In this document: positions 1-13,334 of the stretch, in pieces
How the letters are laid out: each line of letters begins with the position of its first letter
How positions within the stretch are numbered: position 1 is the stretch's first letter
NCBI GenBank assembly: GCA_964016885.1
Contig: OZ024742.1
Span: forward strand, 281,356,001-281,420,000
Reading direction: 5' to 3'
Length of the DNA stretch: 64,000 bases
Origin: Eledone cirrhosa
Taxonomy: Eukaryota
Program-made: the position numbers and the translations under genes
Notes under the pieces: model-generated
Databases searched by the model: none
What the model was told of the DNA's origin: nothing
What the model saw: only the letters and a program-made list of their open reading frames with translations

Positions 1-777
1 CACAGCTTTTCATAACGGCTTGTATCCCTATTTCTAAGGTGGCGAATTGTCAGACTCATTATGGCGTCGAATAGAGTGCTTTATGGTACTCGTTCTGGAT
101 TGTGTTCGGCTCCCTGCTCCCTGGCATTCGTTCCGGCTTCCTGCTCCCTGACATTCGTTCCGGCTTCCTGTACCCTGAGTCAAATACTGGGGCCGATTCT
201 TCCTCTATATCTTTCTCATTTCCATTCTTTCTCTGGAAGAAATCTGCTGAATTCAGATCTGTAGAGGGATGGGCTCCGCAAGGCTTAAGATGCTCAATAA
301 ACGCAAAGTTTAATGTTGATCGTATCACATCACATTCCTTGTATTTATTACATGCCTGGTCATTACTCCTGTTATTGCACTTACTATTCATCCTTCTGGT
401 GTTATTCTTATTAATAGTTTGGCTATGTGTCGTCTATTTTCCTGCATATAGTAGCCCATGGTTTCTTATTGCATGGTATCTTATTGCTCCTGTGATTAGT
501 CGTAAGTTGAATTAACGTTAACTTTTGGTGTTTCCGAGACTGTTGTGTACTCTATCTTTTCTCAACAGTCCACCTTGGTCAGGGCACTGTTATAGTAACA
601 ATTGCATAAATGTAATATATTTTATTGAACAAATTAACGTCGAAGGAGGCGGACCATAAGCTTGGCTGATCACGCTTCGGGGAGCCAGCCGCATCAGTTA
701 GAGACAGTTGTTTCTGACAGGACATGCTGGAAGGGGTGTTTGAGGAATCTGCCCCCGCGAATAAGTGGGCGAAGAAG

Positions 778-808
<31 letters not shown>

Positions 809-1686
809 CGGACGACAGTTGAAGTTTTATTCTGTTTGTATAATTCTGTGTGTATAATTATGTCAATAATATATTTACTCAATATATTTATATCTGATTT
901 GGATTACACTATGGTTCTAACTGCTAGGTCTGTCGCATAGCCTGGTTTGTGATACTTAACGCTTATCATGATACGGCTACGTTTTTAATTTTCAATATTC
1001 AGTTTAGTGATTATGCTTTTAGCCACCACATGAAACATGTCCAAGTATATTTGTGAAGTTACCTTGCTATTTTTTTCTGTTTTCTTGCCTTTTGTACATA
1101 CGTGTTTTGTACGTTTCCTTATTCATGTTATATTAGTTATTAGTTTTAACAGCAAGTACGAGCATACTTTCTGATTTTTTTCATAAATATATATAAATTC
1201 ATATATTCCAATATTTAAATATATAATTGCATTTGTCTATACATATGCATATATATATATATATATATGTATAAAAGTATGTCCGGATATCTCTTCATGC
1301 CATTAGTAAACAAATACCGACATATACTTATTCTCAAACAAATACCGACATATACTTATTCTCAAACGATTACACATCTGTGTATGTGTGTGTGGATCTA
1401 TAAATTTGTTTGAATATAAATTTAAATTTTCAATATCACATATTTTATTAATAAACAACATGTGATCACGTTTCACATCATTATAGACACCTTAATACTG
1501 TATTGAATCACTGAAAGAGTGAATATGATCCTATGTTAGACAAAAGAGTAAATATAAGATAAATAGAAATTTTCTATTAATAATATATTAAATTTCTCCT
1601 CATATATAAACATAGTCGTACATATGTACATACATAGCGATATACATATGGACACATGCACACACACGCCCACAACCCCCCCCCCC

Positions 1687-1720
<34 letters not shown>

Positions 1721-1757
1721 TTACCTCTCTATATATATATATATATTTATATATATT

Positions 1758-1789
<32 letters not shown>

Positions 1790-1905
1790 TTTATATTATA
1801 TATTCCCATACATATACATATATAATTTTGGCGGAGGTATTAAATATAACTGTATATTTATTCGTGTAATTCCAATATGCAATACGAATAGCATTAATTC
1901 ACATT

Positions 1906-2011
<106 letters not shown>

Positions 2012-2699
2012 GTATGTATATATTTATTAATTTATTTATATATTTACATATATACACACATATATATACATATGCGTGTGTGTGTATATATATATATATA
2101 TAAGCACACACAAACACATGCACACACACACACACAGACGTATATAAATTAGTGTGTATGTGCGCGTGTGTGCAAGTGTTGTGAGCGAGAAGCGTTTGTG
2201 ATTCGTCTGAGCCATTTTTCATGAATCCGTTCACGTATTTGTGTCTATTTTTACGGGTAATAATATGTGGGCTGGCGTGATATGTTTGCTGTATAGTTGC
2301 TGTATATTTACTTTACGTTTGCATATTAACAGAAAGACATAAATAGTGAGAGGAAACTTGTTAAAGACATTTTAGATGATTCTGCTTGGCAATGACTCGT
2401 TCTCAATTTTCATTGAATAATTTTAGATTGGGAAACATTACATAGGTTTCTGTGGAAGCATGATTTGGCGGCAAAATCTCAAGAAATACATTTAGGCTTC
2501 AAATGTTGTTGCAATACACATATATATATATACGCATACATGCATACATACATACATACATACATACATACATACATACATACATGCATACATACATAAG
2601 TTCATACATACATATATGCATACATATATACGTACATACTTACATAGATTCATACATAGATACATACATAGATACATACATGCATACATACGTGAAAAC

Positions 2700-2755
<56 letters not shown>

Positions 2756-2953
2756 GATAGATAGATAGATAGATAGATACATACATACATACATACATAC
2801 ATACATACATACATACATACATACATACATACATACATACAGATGCACTTCGCCTGTGTACGCAAGAAGATAAGCACCGAGAGAAATTTCACACTCAATT
2901 CCTGATTCATACACCTACACACAACCGCACACACACACACACATACACACACA

Positions 2954-2993
<40 letters not shown>

Positions 2994-3344
2994 TACTAAC
3001 TTGGTAGATATATAATAAGGTAGAGAAGAAAGTTCTGGTTCAGGGCCTCATATTTTGCTAGAAAGTCTTCTTTGTAGTAACTGACCGTACTGATTATATA
3101 TATAACATTCAACGTCTGTATACATATATATAACAACGTCTGTATACATATATATATATAACATTCAACGTCTGTATACATATATGTATGTACGTATACA
3201 TACTTATATTTAAGTAACAGCCGTACTAAGAGTAAGAGATGAAATTTCGTTTCATTTTTTCCATTCAATTTTTATCTTTAAATTCTAGTCGAGTTCTTTA
3301 ATTGCCGAAGTCGAGCTGCTTTATTAAATACTACCACCGACCCT

Positions 3345-3900
3345 AGTTAGTCTGCCACTTGCTGTCCTGTTAACGTACTGAGAAGGAGCCAGGACGCAGC
3401 TGTCTCTTCATCTCAACTGGAGCCAGCGGGCCTACACCGCGGAGATGGCAAGCGTTACGATGGAATCACCCTCTTCCCATTCAAAGAAGGTAGATTCCCC
3501 ATCTGGTACACCACCTGCTGCGACACGTTCTCCACCTACAGCTTAGTCGCTTCGACCACAAACCCCGGTACCGTAGCCCGCCTCGCAGAAGAACGTAAAA
3601 TAAACGAATACCGGGGATTTTCCGGCCGCATCTTCTTCACACTGGTCGCTGTCAAGACCTCTGGCTTAATTGGACCCCGTACAGCGATTCCTCCTCCTCA
3701 ATATGGGAACGTCCTGGGCCCGCCTGAAGAAGGAACCCCGCAAGGTTGGTTGGCTGGTGTGGCGGGTGTCACTGGCCATTGTCGGCGGAATGCTTTTCCG
3801 GTCTTATCGACGAAGTGCAGACCTTCTTCCTCCATGCCCTGGGCCCAAAGCCCAAAGCCCAATCACCCCCCCCCCCCCCCTACCCATCTTCTACGACATT
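3345..3900 (+). mobile_element. CRE-like non-LTR retrotransposon 3' remnant (RLE domain, frameshifted)
   Basis: Manual translation LEPAGLHRGDGKRYDGITLFPFKEGRFPIWYTTCCDT...AEERKINEY...FTLVAVKTSGLIGP...RVSLAIV matches the RPDG..WD.T..DT / AE..K..KY / F.P.A.ET.G / RLSIAI pattern of CRE-clade RLE domains. Confidence 0.75.
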
Positions 3901-4032
3901 AGAGTTCTTGCCATCCTTCCCCTTCCCGCTCTTTTTTCTTTCTTTTTCACTTTTTTCTCTACATTCTCCTATTTTTTTATCTATGGTTTCCTTTTCTTTT
4001 TTATTATTGTTGTTATTATTGTTGTCATATAT

Positions 4033-4240
4033 TGGCAGTATCGGTAGAGCGTCGGACAATACGCTTCATGGCATAGAGTTGCGCCCCTTTACGATCTGAG
4101 ATCAAATCCCCCCGAGGTTAGCTTTGCTTTCATCCTTACGCGGACGATAAAATACAGCACCAGTAATACAGAGGTCGATTTAATCGACTTTCCCCTCCCC
4201 TTTAAATTGCTGGCCTTGTACTAAAAGTGGAAACAATTAT
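4033..4240 (+). mobile_element. tRNA-derived SINE (family A)
   Basis: A-box-like TGGCAGTATCGG, B-box-like GAGATCAAATCC, body ctttgctttcatccttacg..cgataaaata and tail ggccttgt..gaaacaattat; more than 10 copies in the window. Confidence 0.85.
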
Positions 4241-4644
4241 TACTGTAAATAAAAGATCTCCTAATTTAGACAGAGAAAAAATAAATTAACAGCTTAATTC
4301 TAATATGTGGTATATCAATATCCACAAGAACATAGAGTAGTAAGGTCGATAATCAGAACCTCACTAATGGACTAGCTAATTGGCGAGAGATATTAATCCG
4401 GAGTTTGTTGATTATTGGTTTATAATTAATCGATGATTAGCAGATTCTCTTTTTGTCTCGAAAGAGTAGTGTACAAGCAAATAAGTGGATTTGTCTATAA
4501 AGAAGATAGTGGACATTTCAAATGACGGAAGTTGTGAGTACTTTAAATTTATCATATATTAAGCAACAGTTGCCTTACAATTCAAAGCTGAGCTAATTTT
4601 AAGCAATGATCTGAATATAATCGTATACCGATCTAAACCATTAT

Positions 4645-4736
<92 letters not shown>

Positions 4737-4739
<3 letters not shown>

Positions 4740-5405
4740 CGAGATTCCGAATATATAATCGAGATTCCGATTCTCGATAATTTATTTGTATTTATCTCCA
4801 GTCTTTAGCTATTGACCAGTTAATTTTATTGATTTTTTAGTTGATCTTATTGACTGATGAATAGCTCTTGTTAATTTTAACCCGTCTGTTGAGAACTCTA
4901 ATTAATATGTGATATTTTGTATTTTTACAAATATATACACTACTGAATTCATTCGCCTAATATAGGGGTTCCCTCCCTTGCTGGACCCCACGTGCGTTTA
5001 GTAACGGGTGCCTCTGTATTTTTGAACGAAATGCCTGCTGAGAAAGTGGTTTCCTCGTTCATCTTTTTGCCAGAAGTCAGATATATTTTTTATGTAGGCT
5101 GACGGTAATTGATTAAGGAACCGCAGAAACCCAAAAAGCTAGAATTTAACATCCTTCTAGCGGGTCCGGGTAAGATTTTTCATTCATTTAATTTATTAAT
5201 TTATTAATTTATTATTTGTATGACCCGAATTTTCCTGGTCGTTTTTTCGGCTGTGCGAATGATTTTAATCATTGTCTCTATGTGTTGGTATTTAAACGAT
5301 AGTTATAGCTCTGTTTTATCCAAACTATTGAGCCCTTTGCCATGCATTTCAAAGATTGTGTTTCGTTATTTCGTTAACCGAGATTCCGATTCTCGATAAT
5401 TTATT

Positions 5406-5410
<5 letters not shown>
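4737..5410. mobile_element. ~650 bp non-coding element with terminal direct repeat, between (TA)n tracts
   Basis: cgagattccgattctcgataatttatttgtat occurs at ~4760 and ~5378; both sides run into (TA)n. Confidence 0.55.
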
Positions 5411-5450
<40 letters not shown>

Positions 5451-5454
5451 TATA

Positions 5455-6122
5455 TTATATTTTGAGAATAAACTCTCAGTCGTTTACAATAATTAAGCTC
5501 CAGGAAAAGGGGCTCTTCCGAGCAGTTAAATACATTAAAATATATGATAAACACGAAATGTGTTTACATTGCAACAGACAAAGTTAGCCATTAATGAAAT
5601 AAACTAATTAAAGTGAATACAATTTGTCTGTCTCGATATAAGTCAATAAAGACAAGCTTATATTGGCAACGGCCATGATTCCTGGACAGATTTAAATTTC
5701 AAAATTCAAACCTGTTCTGTAGACGAATTTGAACCTCGAAACCTAAATAAGTTTCGCAACGGTGGAATGTGAATTGAAAAATAAAGAGAATCGAAATGGA
5801 ATAGAAATAAAAAAGTGAAATACCCAAATCTTCTGTGCTTATCAACAGGAATCCAGTAAAATTAGTACATCTCACATCAAAAATTTTGCAGGTCTGACTA
5901 CACGTGTGTAGGCAGGCCAAACTAGCCGTCCCACATTCACAGTGCTAGAAATAACAGCCGCTTATGCAGGATTAAATATCAGCTCTACAATAAAGGAGCC
6001 AATGTAAACACATTTCGTGTTTATCATATATTTTAATGTATATATATATATATATATATATACATTCGTTGCAATGTAAACACATTTCGTGCAATGTAAA
6101 CACATTTCGTGTTTATCATATA

Positions 6123-6130
<8 letters not shown>
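5455..6130. repeat. (TA)n-flanked element with an internal segment repeated in inverted orientation
   Basis: attaaaatatatgataaacacgaaatgtgtttacattg (~5534-5571) recurs reverse-complemented at ~6000-6037 and ~6092-6129. Confidence 0.65.
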
Positions 6131-6215
<85 letters not shown>

Positions 6216-6554
6216 AAGCGAGGTATCGTTTAAGGTAATCCAAGAAGAGGTTACGAGTAATCTGTACCATAGAGGATTTTAACGTGCGGCGTTGGTTGAC
6301 TCAACAAGATATTTACTTAGTTGTGGCGTTCGGATGGTCGATTTCGAAGAGTTCCTAAGTAAGCAGTTCCTGGAATATTAATAATGAATGAATGGAGATT
6401 AACACGGATAAGCTATACAGTATGGTTTATTCCAAGCATTAACATATGTTTCATTGGCTAGTATGTAACCGAATGTGTCTTAAAATCGCTATTTGCAATC
6501 TTATAGTGAAATTCGATTTTAAATACTGCTTATACCAGTCAAATTATCAAAATA

Positions 6555-6651
<97 letters not shown>

Positions 6652-7699
6652 ATACTTTGGGAGGGTCATGTTGCCAATAAGAAACACACGCACCATCGCT
6701 TTCACTCCAATTTATTTTAAATTAAATTTATAAATTTAAGAAATTTGTAAATTTCTGGTCGGTTGGTTGGTCGGTTCCACAACTGGACGGTGGTTCATAT
6801 ATTGTCAAAGTACTTTCGTCACACATCCTGTGACCTCTTTTTGAATTTAGTTTCCCGGCCATTCTGAAATTCGGGCTTTACTTACCATGTTTGTTTACAT
6901 TTTCAAAATCTGTATATTTAACTATGTGATCTGAAAGTACTTTCGTTGTGCCTACCTGACATTGAATTCTTGTCGTATGGCTAAATTCATAGGTTGAACG
7001 TTATTCTGCAGGATATAGAGTAGAGGTTGTATGAATTCTTGGTAATTATGCGAGCTTGCTTGTTTTCATGATGGTCAATGTTGGAAGTGTCTATTTCGGC
7101 CAGGGACATGCTTATGGCTCAGACAACTATACAAGCTCTTGGTAATAGGAATTACATATGTGGTAGTTCAGATGAGTTTATGTTTAATTAATTTTATTTG
7201 GATATCATTTTGATAAGGTTTATTTGTTGAGATTAATACTTATTTATTTAGTTTTCTACGTTTTGGATAATTTCATTTTATTTTGTTGATTTTATTTCGG
7301 TAGACAATTTTATTTAAGAATTCAATTTGCTTTTTATTAAATGTTTTCGATAACTTTATTTAGTCAATATTTTGTTTAATAATTTATATAGGTGAACATC
7401 AATAACTTTAGTAAGCCATTTTAATTTTAGATTACCTTTCCTACATGTAATTCAGATTTTAATAGGTATCTGGCTCCAGTTTCCTTCTATCTATGTCCTT
7501 TGCTCCTTTTCTAGGCTTGAATTTCTATCAAGTCTTTTAATTGTAGGTTATGTTTTATCCCTTCATAATTTAACTTAGTTCGGTATAGAGATTTCCTTAA
7601 TTGGGGCAACATTTTATATTTAAGAAAATCTCCGTTTCCTGGGTTTAGGTCCGGTCGGTGTAGATTTCGAGGCAATGAGATTGTAGTGTCTGCAGATAA

Positions 7700-8060
7700 T
7701 TATTCAGAAACTATGTAATATGATAACCTCAGCTTTAAAACGTGTCTTCCCTATATTAGAATGTGTTTTAAAATATAAGGGTCAAGGTATATGGACGGTG
7801 CCTGACATTGAGTATAGGCCTTTAATTCATATTTGGCTATGATTTTCTACAACCATGACACACCTGGACCCTCCACTTCAGCCCCCACTCCCGAATACGG
7901 GCCCTCTCGCCTACCCTCACAATGTAACAATCTTTTCCTAGCTTGGCCACTAAGTCACTGCTAAGGCACTTGCCTTCCAGGGGGCATTTACTGGGGTTTC
8001 TACAGTTACAACTCGGAGAGGTGTTGCAAAATATAGAAGCCTTAAACCGAATTAGATTGA
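7700..8060 (-). mobile_element. Penelope-like element remnant (Cys-rich linker preceding GIY-YIG)
   Basis: ORF 7837..8208(-) contains SCNCRNPSKCPLEGKCLSSDLV, the CNC..CPL.G.CL motif that lies between RT and GIY-YIG in Neptune-type PLEs. Confidence 0.65.
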
Positions 8061-8759
8061 AAAAAGGTCGGCAACTCCAGGGGAAATAGCAACCGTGAGG
8101 AGGCACGCCACGCAAATGCCTCCTCCTCAGTTGGTAACATCTTGAAACGTGAACGACCAGGCAATCATACAACGCGATCCGGAGTTCCGGGGGGGGGGAT
8201 ACCGTCACTACGACTGCTCCAGCCTATGTACACGACGCTGGTCTGTGTTTTAGCTGTTGTTGTCGTTGTTGCTGTTGTTGTTTTGTAACTGTTTACTGTG
8301 GTTGTTGCTATCGTTGTTGTTGTCAGTAGGGTAGTAATATCACTACGTGTGGACGACCATTGGTCGGTGTTTTGCTGTTATTGTCGTTGTTGTTGACGTC
8401 ATTGTTGTTGTTGTTGCTGTAGTTGTTGTTGTTGTAGTTGTTGTCTTAAGGTGGTTGTCAACAAAATATATACCCCCACCCTCTCTCAGAGCTCCATTTA
8501 TCGCTTCCACTGTCTACTGGGCTTTCGCTACACACAGCATTTTCGTTTTTTTCGCTGATAGCTCCTTTCTAGCAAGCACGACAACTGGCAAACCATTCAA
8601 GGAACTCATATGTCTACTGGGCACACAAGCAATAGGACGTGTGTTTTTCCCCCAGCGACATATCAAACATATCGTGTATCATCTGAGGATACCGTTCTCA
8701 TAACAAGGGCAAATGCATGAAGGACATCTCGATTGCATGGAGAACCGTGGAAATAATTA

Positions 8760-8933
8760 TAATTGTTTCTACTTTGGGCACAAGGCCAGCACTTACTCAT
8801 GGCATTACTGGTACTTTATTTTATCGATCCCGTAAGGATGAAAGGCAAAGTTAACCTCTGCGGGATTTGAATTTAGAATGGCAAGGGCCATAACTCTATG
8901 CTGCAAAGCATGACGTCCGACCCTCTACCGATA
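8760..8933 (-). mobile_element. tRNA-derived SINE (family A)
   Basis: Reverse complement of the 24463-24642 copy. Confidence 0.85.
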
Positions 8934-9060
8934 ATGATTAAACGATATATGTAACCTCAGCATCTTATTTTGTTATTTTTATAAAAATCTCCATCGTGAC
9001 TAAAATCTACGATTGTTGATAGCTCCTGCTTACTCCTGTTTTTACCAAAACAATCTCTTC

Positions 9061-9101
<41 letters not shown>

Positions 9102-9108
<7 letters not shown>

Positions 9109-9412
9109 TGTTATTTATAGTGTATTTTGGAATACACTGTATGCTTAATTAAAAGCATTTCGAAGACCTTACGCTATTGTTTTAGAGTAGTGACAGTCTC
9201 ACTTACTTTAAATTGTCAGCAAACAGTGGTGATAGGGCTTTGATAAGTACCAAAACATACGAAACAGAACTCTGTCAGCTTTATCTCCCCTGTTTGCTGA
9301 AAATTTAGGGTAAGTGAGACTGTCACTACTCTAAAACAATAGCGAAGGTCTTCGAAATGCTTTTAATTAAGCATACAGCGTATTGCAAAATACACTATAT
9401 ATACATTCATAT
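9102..9412. mobile_element. Fold-back element in (TA)n with hammerhead-like 3' half
   Basis: Arms ~9102-9226 and ~9290-9412 are reverse complements; contain GAAATGC-ttttaattaa-GCATA; 5' core not canonical. Confidence 0.7.
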
Positions 9413-9469
9413 ATATATATCGCTATTTCAGAGCACCAATTCTCATATATATAAATATATATATTGTTA

Positions 9470-10706
9470 TTCTTGGGGAGGGTCATATTGTTGTAATAAT
9501 ATTGCCAGAATTAATAACAGAACGCACTCACTGGTTGGTTGGTTTTCGCTTCTGTATCTTTTATATCAGTTAATTCATTCGGTCCTCAAGATTTACCATG
9601 ACTGACCAACGGTTAAAAATACAGATATAATAGAGATATAAACACATAGATAATCTAACAAAGTTCTTTCGTTGCACATCTGCAAAATCGTCAGTGGTGG
9701 TATTATGTTCCTCCTGTTGTATTGTATATCTACGCCAACTTTATTTTATCTGTTTATTTATTTATTTATTTATTTATTTTTGTCTTCTCTGCGCATGCGT
9801 TTGCGTGTGTGTATAGTGTTTGGTGTGTTTTCGTGTTTGGGTGACTGTGTTTTGGTTATTGTGTTATATCTTCGTTTACTAGTGTGTGCTTATATGTGTT
9901 TGTTGTTATTGTGTTTGTGTATATATTTATTTATTTATTTATTTATTTATATTTCTCTTAAGTCAGTATTGTTTGTTTGGGTGTTGTTATTCCATTCATT
10001 TTTTTCTGTTTATCTTTGGCCTTCTAAGTTCTATTTCATTTGCCTCTCCGATTTTCCTATCTGCTGGGTCATTTCTATGTTTAGATATTATTCTAATTAC
10101 TATGTTGTTTATGTTACCGTCATGCTGTTGTCTGGCGGGTTCGTATAGTTGAACCGTTTTTTCGTCCTTTTAGTTCCCCCCAGTGTTGATCTATCCTTTC
10201 ACCTATGCTACGAGCTGTCTCGCCTATTTATGTTGTTGTCATGTTTCTGCAAGTACCCTCTGTACATCTTATGCTATAGACTACGTTTCTAGTTTTACAG
10301 TATATCCGGGGGATTACTTTACATATAATACATTTCCTATTAGTACAGTGGGTTTTCTTAAAAGGGTATGTTTTGCTGATCAGGGATTTTATGGTAGTTC
10401 CTGGCTTTTCTATCACTTTAATCTTTAAGTGGGTCTTTCTCAGGGACTTTCGACACTGGTTAGATAATTTCCCTCCAGAGGTAGCGTCCACAAACGTGAC
10501 ACTCTGGTATCTCTAGTTGTCGTACCATCAGGTGGCTTTCCCTATTTTATGTCTAGCCCTATCTAAGCTATTCCTTTCATGTCCAGTTCTATGAGGGTCT
10601 TATACTTCTGCGTAGCTCCTTCGTATACTCTAATTCTGTCTCTTTGGTTGAGAACTGCATGCGGTTGATGAAGTGTTGGATGTGTCTTTCCATTTCTGTT
10701 GGGTCA
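9470..10706 (-). mobile_element. Penelope-like element 3' remnant (RT thumb, GIY-YIG, 3' UTR)
   Basis: Minus-strand CTNRKCIICK...CKTRNVVYSIRCTEGTC...*IGETARSIGERIDQH (GIY-YIG) and upstream HFINRMQFS; contains stops and frameshifts. Confidence 0.8.
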
Positions 10707-10721
10707 TATATATATATATAT

Positions 10722-10874
10722 ATAGTAATAATAATAAATTTGAAGACTAAAATCCAAAGAGGGCTCGAGAAGGACAAATATATATCAAATATATGAGAAC
10801 CGTAGAGCAAAGAGTTTCAGAAGATCCCGTTAAGGGTGAAAGCAGCGATTCTTTGCTTAAACTTTAATATGTTA

Positions 10875-10880
<6 letters not shown>
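10722..10880. mobile_element. Short rearranged copy of the 12700 family, in (TA)n
   Basis: 10722-10810 is the reverse complement of 12860-12950; 10813-10880 matches 12787-12855. Confidence 0.85.
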
Positions 10881-10937
<57 letters not shown>

Positions 10938-11205
10938 ATGTGTGTGTGTGTCTGTGTGTGTGTGTGTGTGTGTGTTCTTCTATACATCTGTTAAAGGTGC
11001 CATCTAAAGGATACTCCTACAGCTCGACCCCAATAGTATTCCCTTTGCTTCCTGCATAATGTCATCTTTAAGATCATCTTTCACCGTAGTTTTATGAGTG
11101 TGTGTGTGTGTACGTATGTGGGATGGGCTGTTATAATTCAAAAAGTTGTTATATGGTTGCAATTAAATGTGTCCGTAGGCGGTATGCCGTTTGAGCACTC
11201 GCGCA

Positions 11206-11389
11206 TGGCAATATCTGTAGAGGGTCGGACGCTATACTTTGACGCATAGAGTTACGGCCCTTGCCACTCTGAATTCGAATCCCGCCGAGGTTAACTTTGC
11301 CTTTCATCCTTACGGGGTCGATAAAATAAAGTACCAGTAATGCACTGGTTAATTGCTGGCCTTGTGCCAAAAAGTAGAAACAATTATTA
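11206..11389 (+). mobile_element. tRNA-derived SINE (family A)
   Basis: Same body and tail as the other family A copies. Confidence 0.85.
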
Positions 11390-11545
11390 TAGATAATGCA
11401 TCAAAACGCAATTTATTAACATATTACATATGTTTCTCCAACGATCAGCTCAACGCAGGATCTGTTACAGCTCGAACCTGACTCTGCATTTCCAAGTTCC
11501 TCAGATATGTTTTGTGTTTTCAAAGCATTCCATACTACTACTATA

Positions 11546-11546
<1 letters not shown>

Positions 11547-11625
<79 letters not shown>
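11547..11625. repeat. (TAG)n microsatellite
   Basis: Direct observation. Confidence 0.95.
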
Positions 11626-12661
11626 AAAGGTGCAATCGTATTGCGTTGATAGGCGGTATGCCTGTTTCCCTAATTATTATTGATACCATGCTCCCCAATA
11701 GCATCGAGTGCTTATCTCTCATCTTGGCATACCACCTGTGAACGTAACAAAGACGAAGACCTATTTCTACTGAAACATCTGTGGCAACCCAAAACAAAAA
11801 ATTAGGTCTATAATAATTCTGCAAAATTTGGACGTGAGTCTACATGTGAAAGCACATACCGGAGGAGCTTTTGATACCAGAGTCAGTAACAAACATAATC
11901 GATCGTTCCTCGAGCTGATCGGCAATGTAACATATGTAATATGTGATTAAATATGTATATAATGCAACACAGATGTTTTTCTTCCCTAATTGTTATTATT
12001 ATCATCACTAATCAACAACAAATAGACTATCAACAACATCAGCAATGACCACAACAATGCAATGAAAACAACTACAAGGAGAATTCACTCGTTTCAACTA
12101 CATTTTTTTGTTTCCGCATCTAGCCTCTTTGACACAATACTATGAGAAGCATCCCTCAAAACTGATGTTGACCTAGCAACAATAACAACATCAGTAGCAG
12201 CAACAATACCCACGACAGAAACAAGAACAACAACGACAACAATAACATCAATTCACTCATTACGTCTACGTCTGTTTCAAGGATCTTACATCTTTTGACC
12301 TGGTTCCTTTAGAAACGCTCCGTGAAAATTTCTCATGCTTTATATGAAGTAACGAAATCTTTTTATGTTCTCATATTCACGTCGTTTATCTAAGTTTTAC
12401 TAAACTAACCCGATGGTCATATCTTCCTTTTTATTGATCCCAGAATGCTTATCTTTACTGAGATATCGTTTCTGCGATTTTTATTGAAACATTTAAATAT
12501 TTTTATCTCGAAATATCCAACTCTTTCGTTATATTCAACAGTGATGCATCTCCATTCCATCAAAACCTTAACTACGAAATTATTCCCATAACCCTTTTAC
12601 TTTCACGCATTTTTTATCTCTCGCATATGCTTTCCTGGCATCTTCTACATTCCAATTCATC

Positions 12662-12700
<39 letters not shown>

Positions 12701-12703
<3 letters not shown>

Positions 12704-12950
12704 TTATTAAAATAACAGATTATAGTTTAAGCAAAGAATCGCTGCTTTCACCCTTAACGGGATCTTCTGAAACTAACTAATGGTTAGTTTCAGAAGATCC
12801 TGTTAAGGGTGAAAGCAGCGATTCTTTGCTTAAACTTTAATCTGTTATTTTAATAAATTTTTGCTCTACGGTGCTTATATATTTGATATATATTTATCCT
12901 TATCGAGCCCACTTTGGATTTTAGTCTTCATATTTATTATTATTACTATA
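12701..12950. mobile_element. Fold-back element in (TA)n with variant hammerhead-like motif
   Basis: Arms 12701-12777 and 12783-12857 plus an unpaired tail to 12950; motif CAGAAGA-tcc(c/t)gttaagggt-GAAA. Confidence 0.8.
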
Positions 12951-13100
<150 letters not shown>

Positions 13101-13271
13101 CATATTTATATCTCATATGACGTTCCGCTTTCTGTTCCCATGCTAATATTTTCATGATAATGTTCAAGCTTTATGTATTTGTCACAGTATGTTAAGCGGT
13201 TATGCTTCCTGCAAGCACAGTCTTAGATGTTTCGGCAATTTATGAATGTTGCATTTGTATAAGTTTCTGCT

Positions 13272-13325
<54 letters not shown>

Positions 13326-13334
13326 ACAATAATA

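Noticed and set aside
59-515. Overlapping ORFs with RKPERM repeats, possibly a gag-like relic
   Set aside because: No diagnostic motif, primer-binding site or LTR pair recognisable, and the window edge truncates the context
4854-4890. Isolated CTGATGA (also at 61442)
   Set aside because: No stem II or GAAA partner; expected by chance
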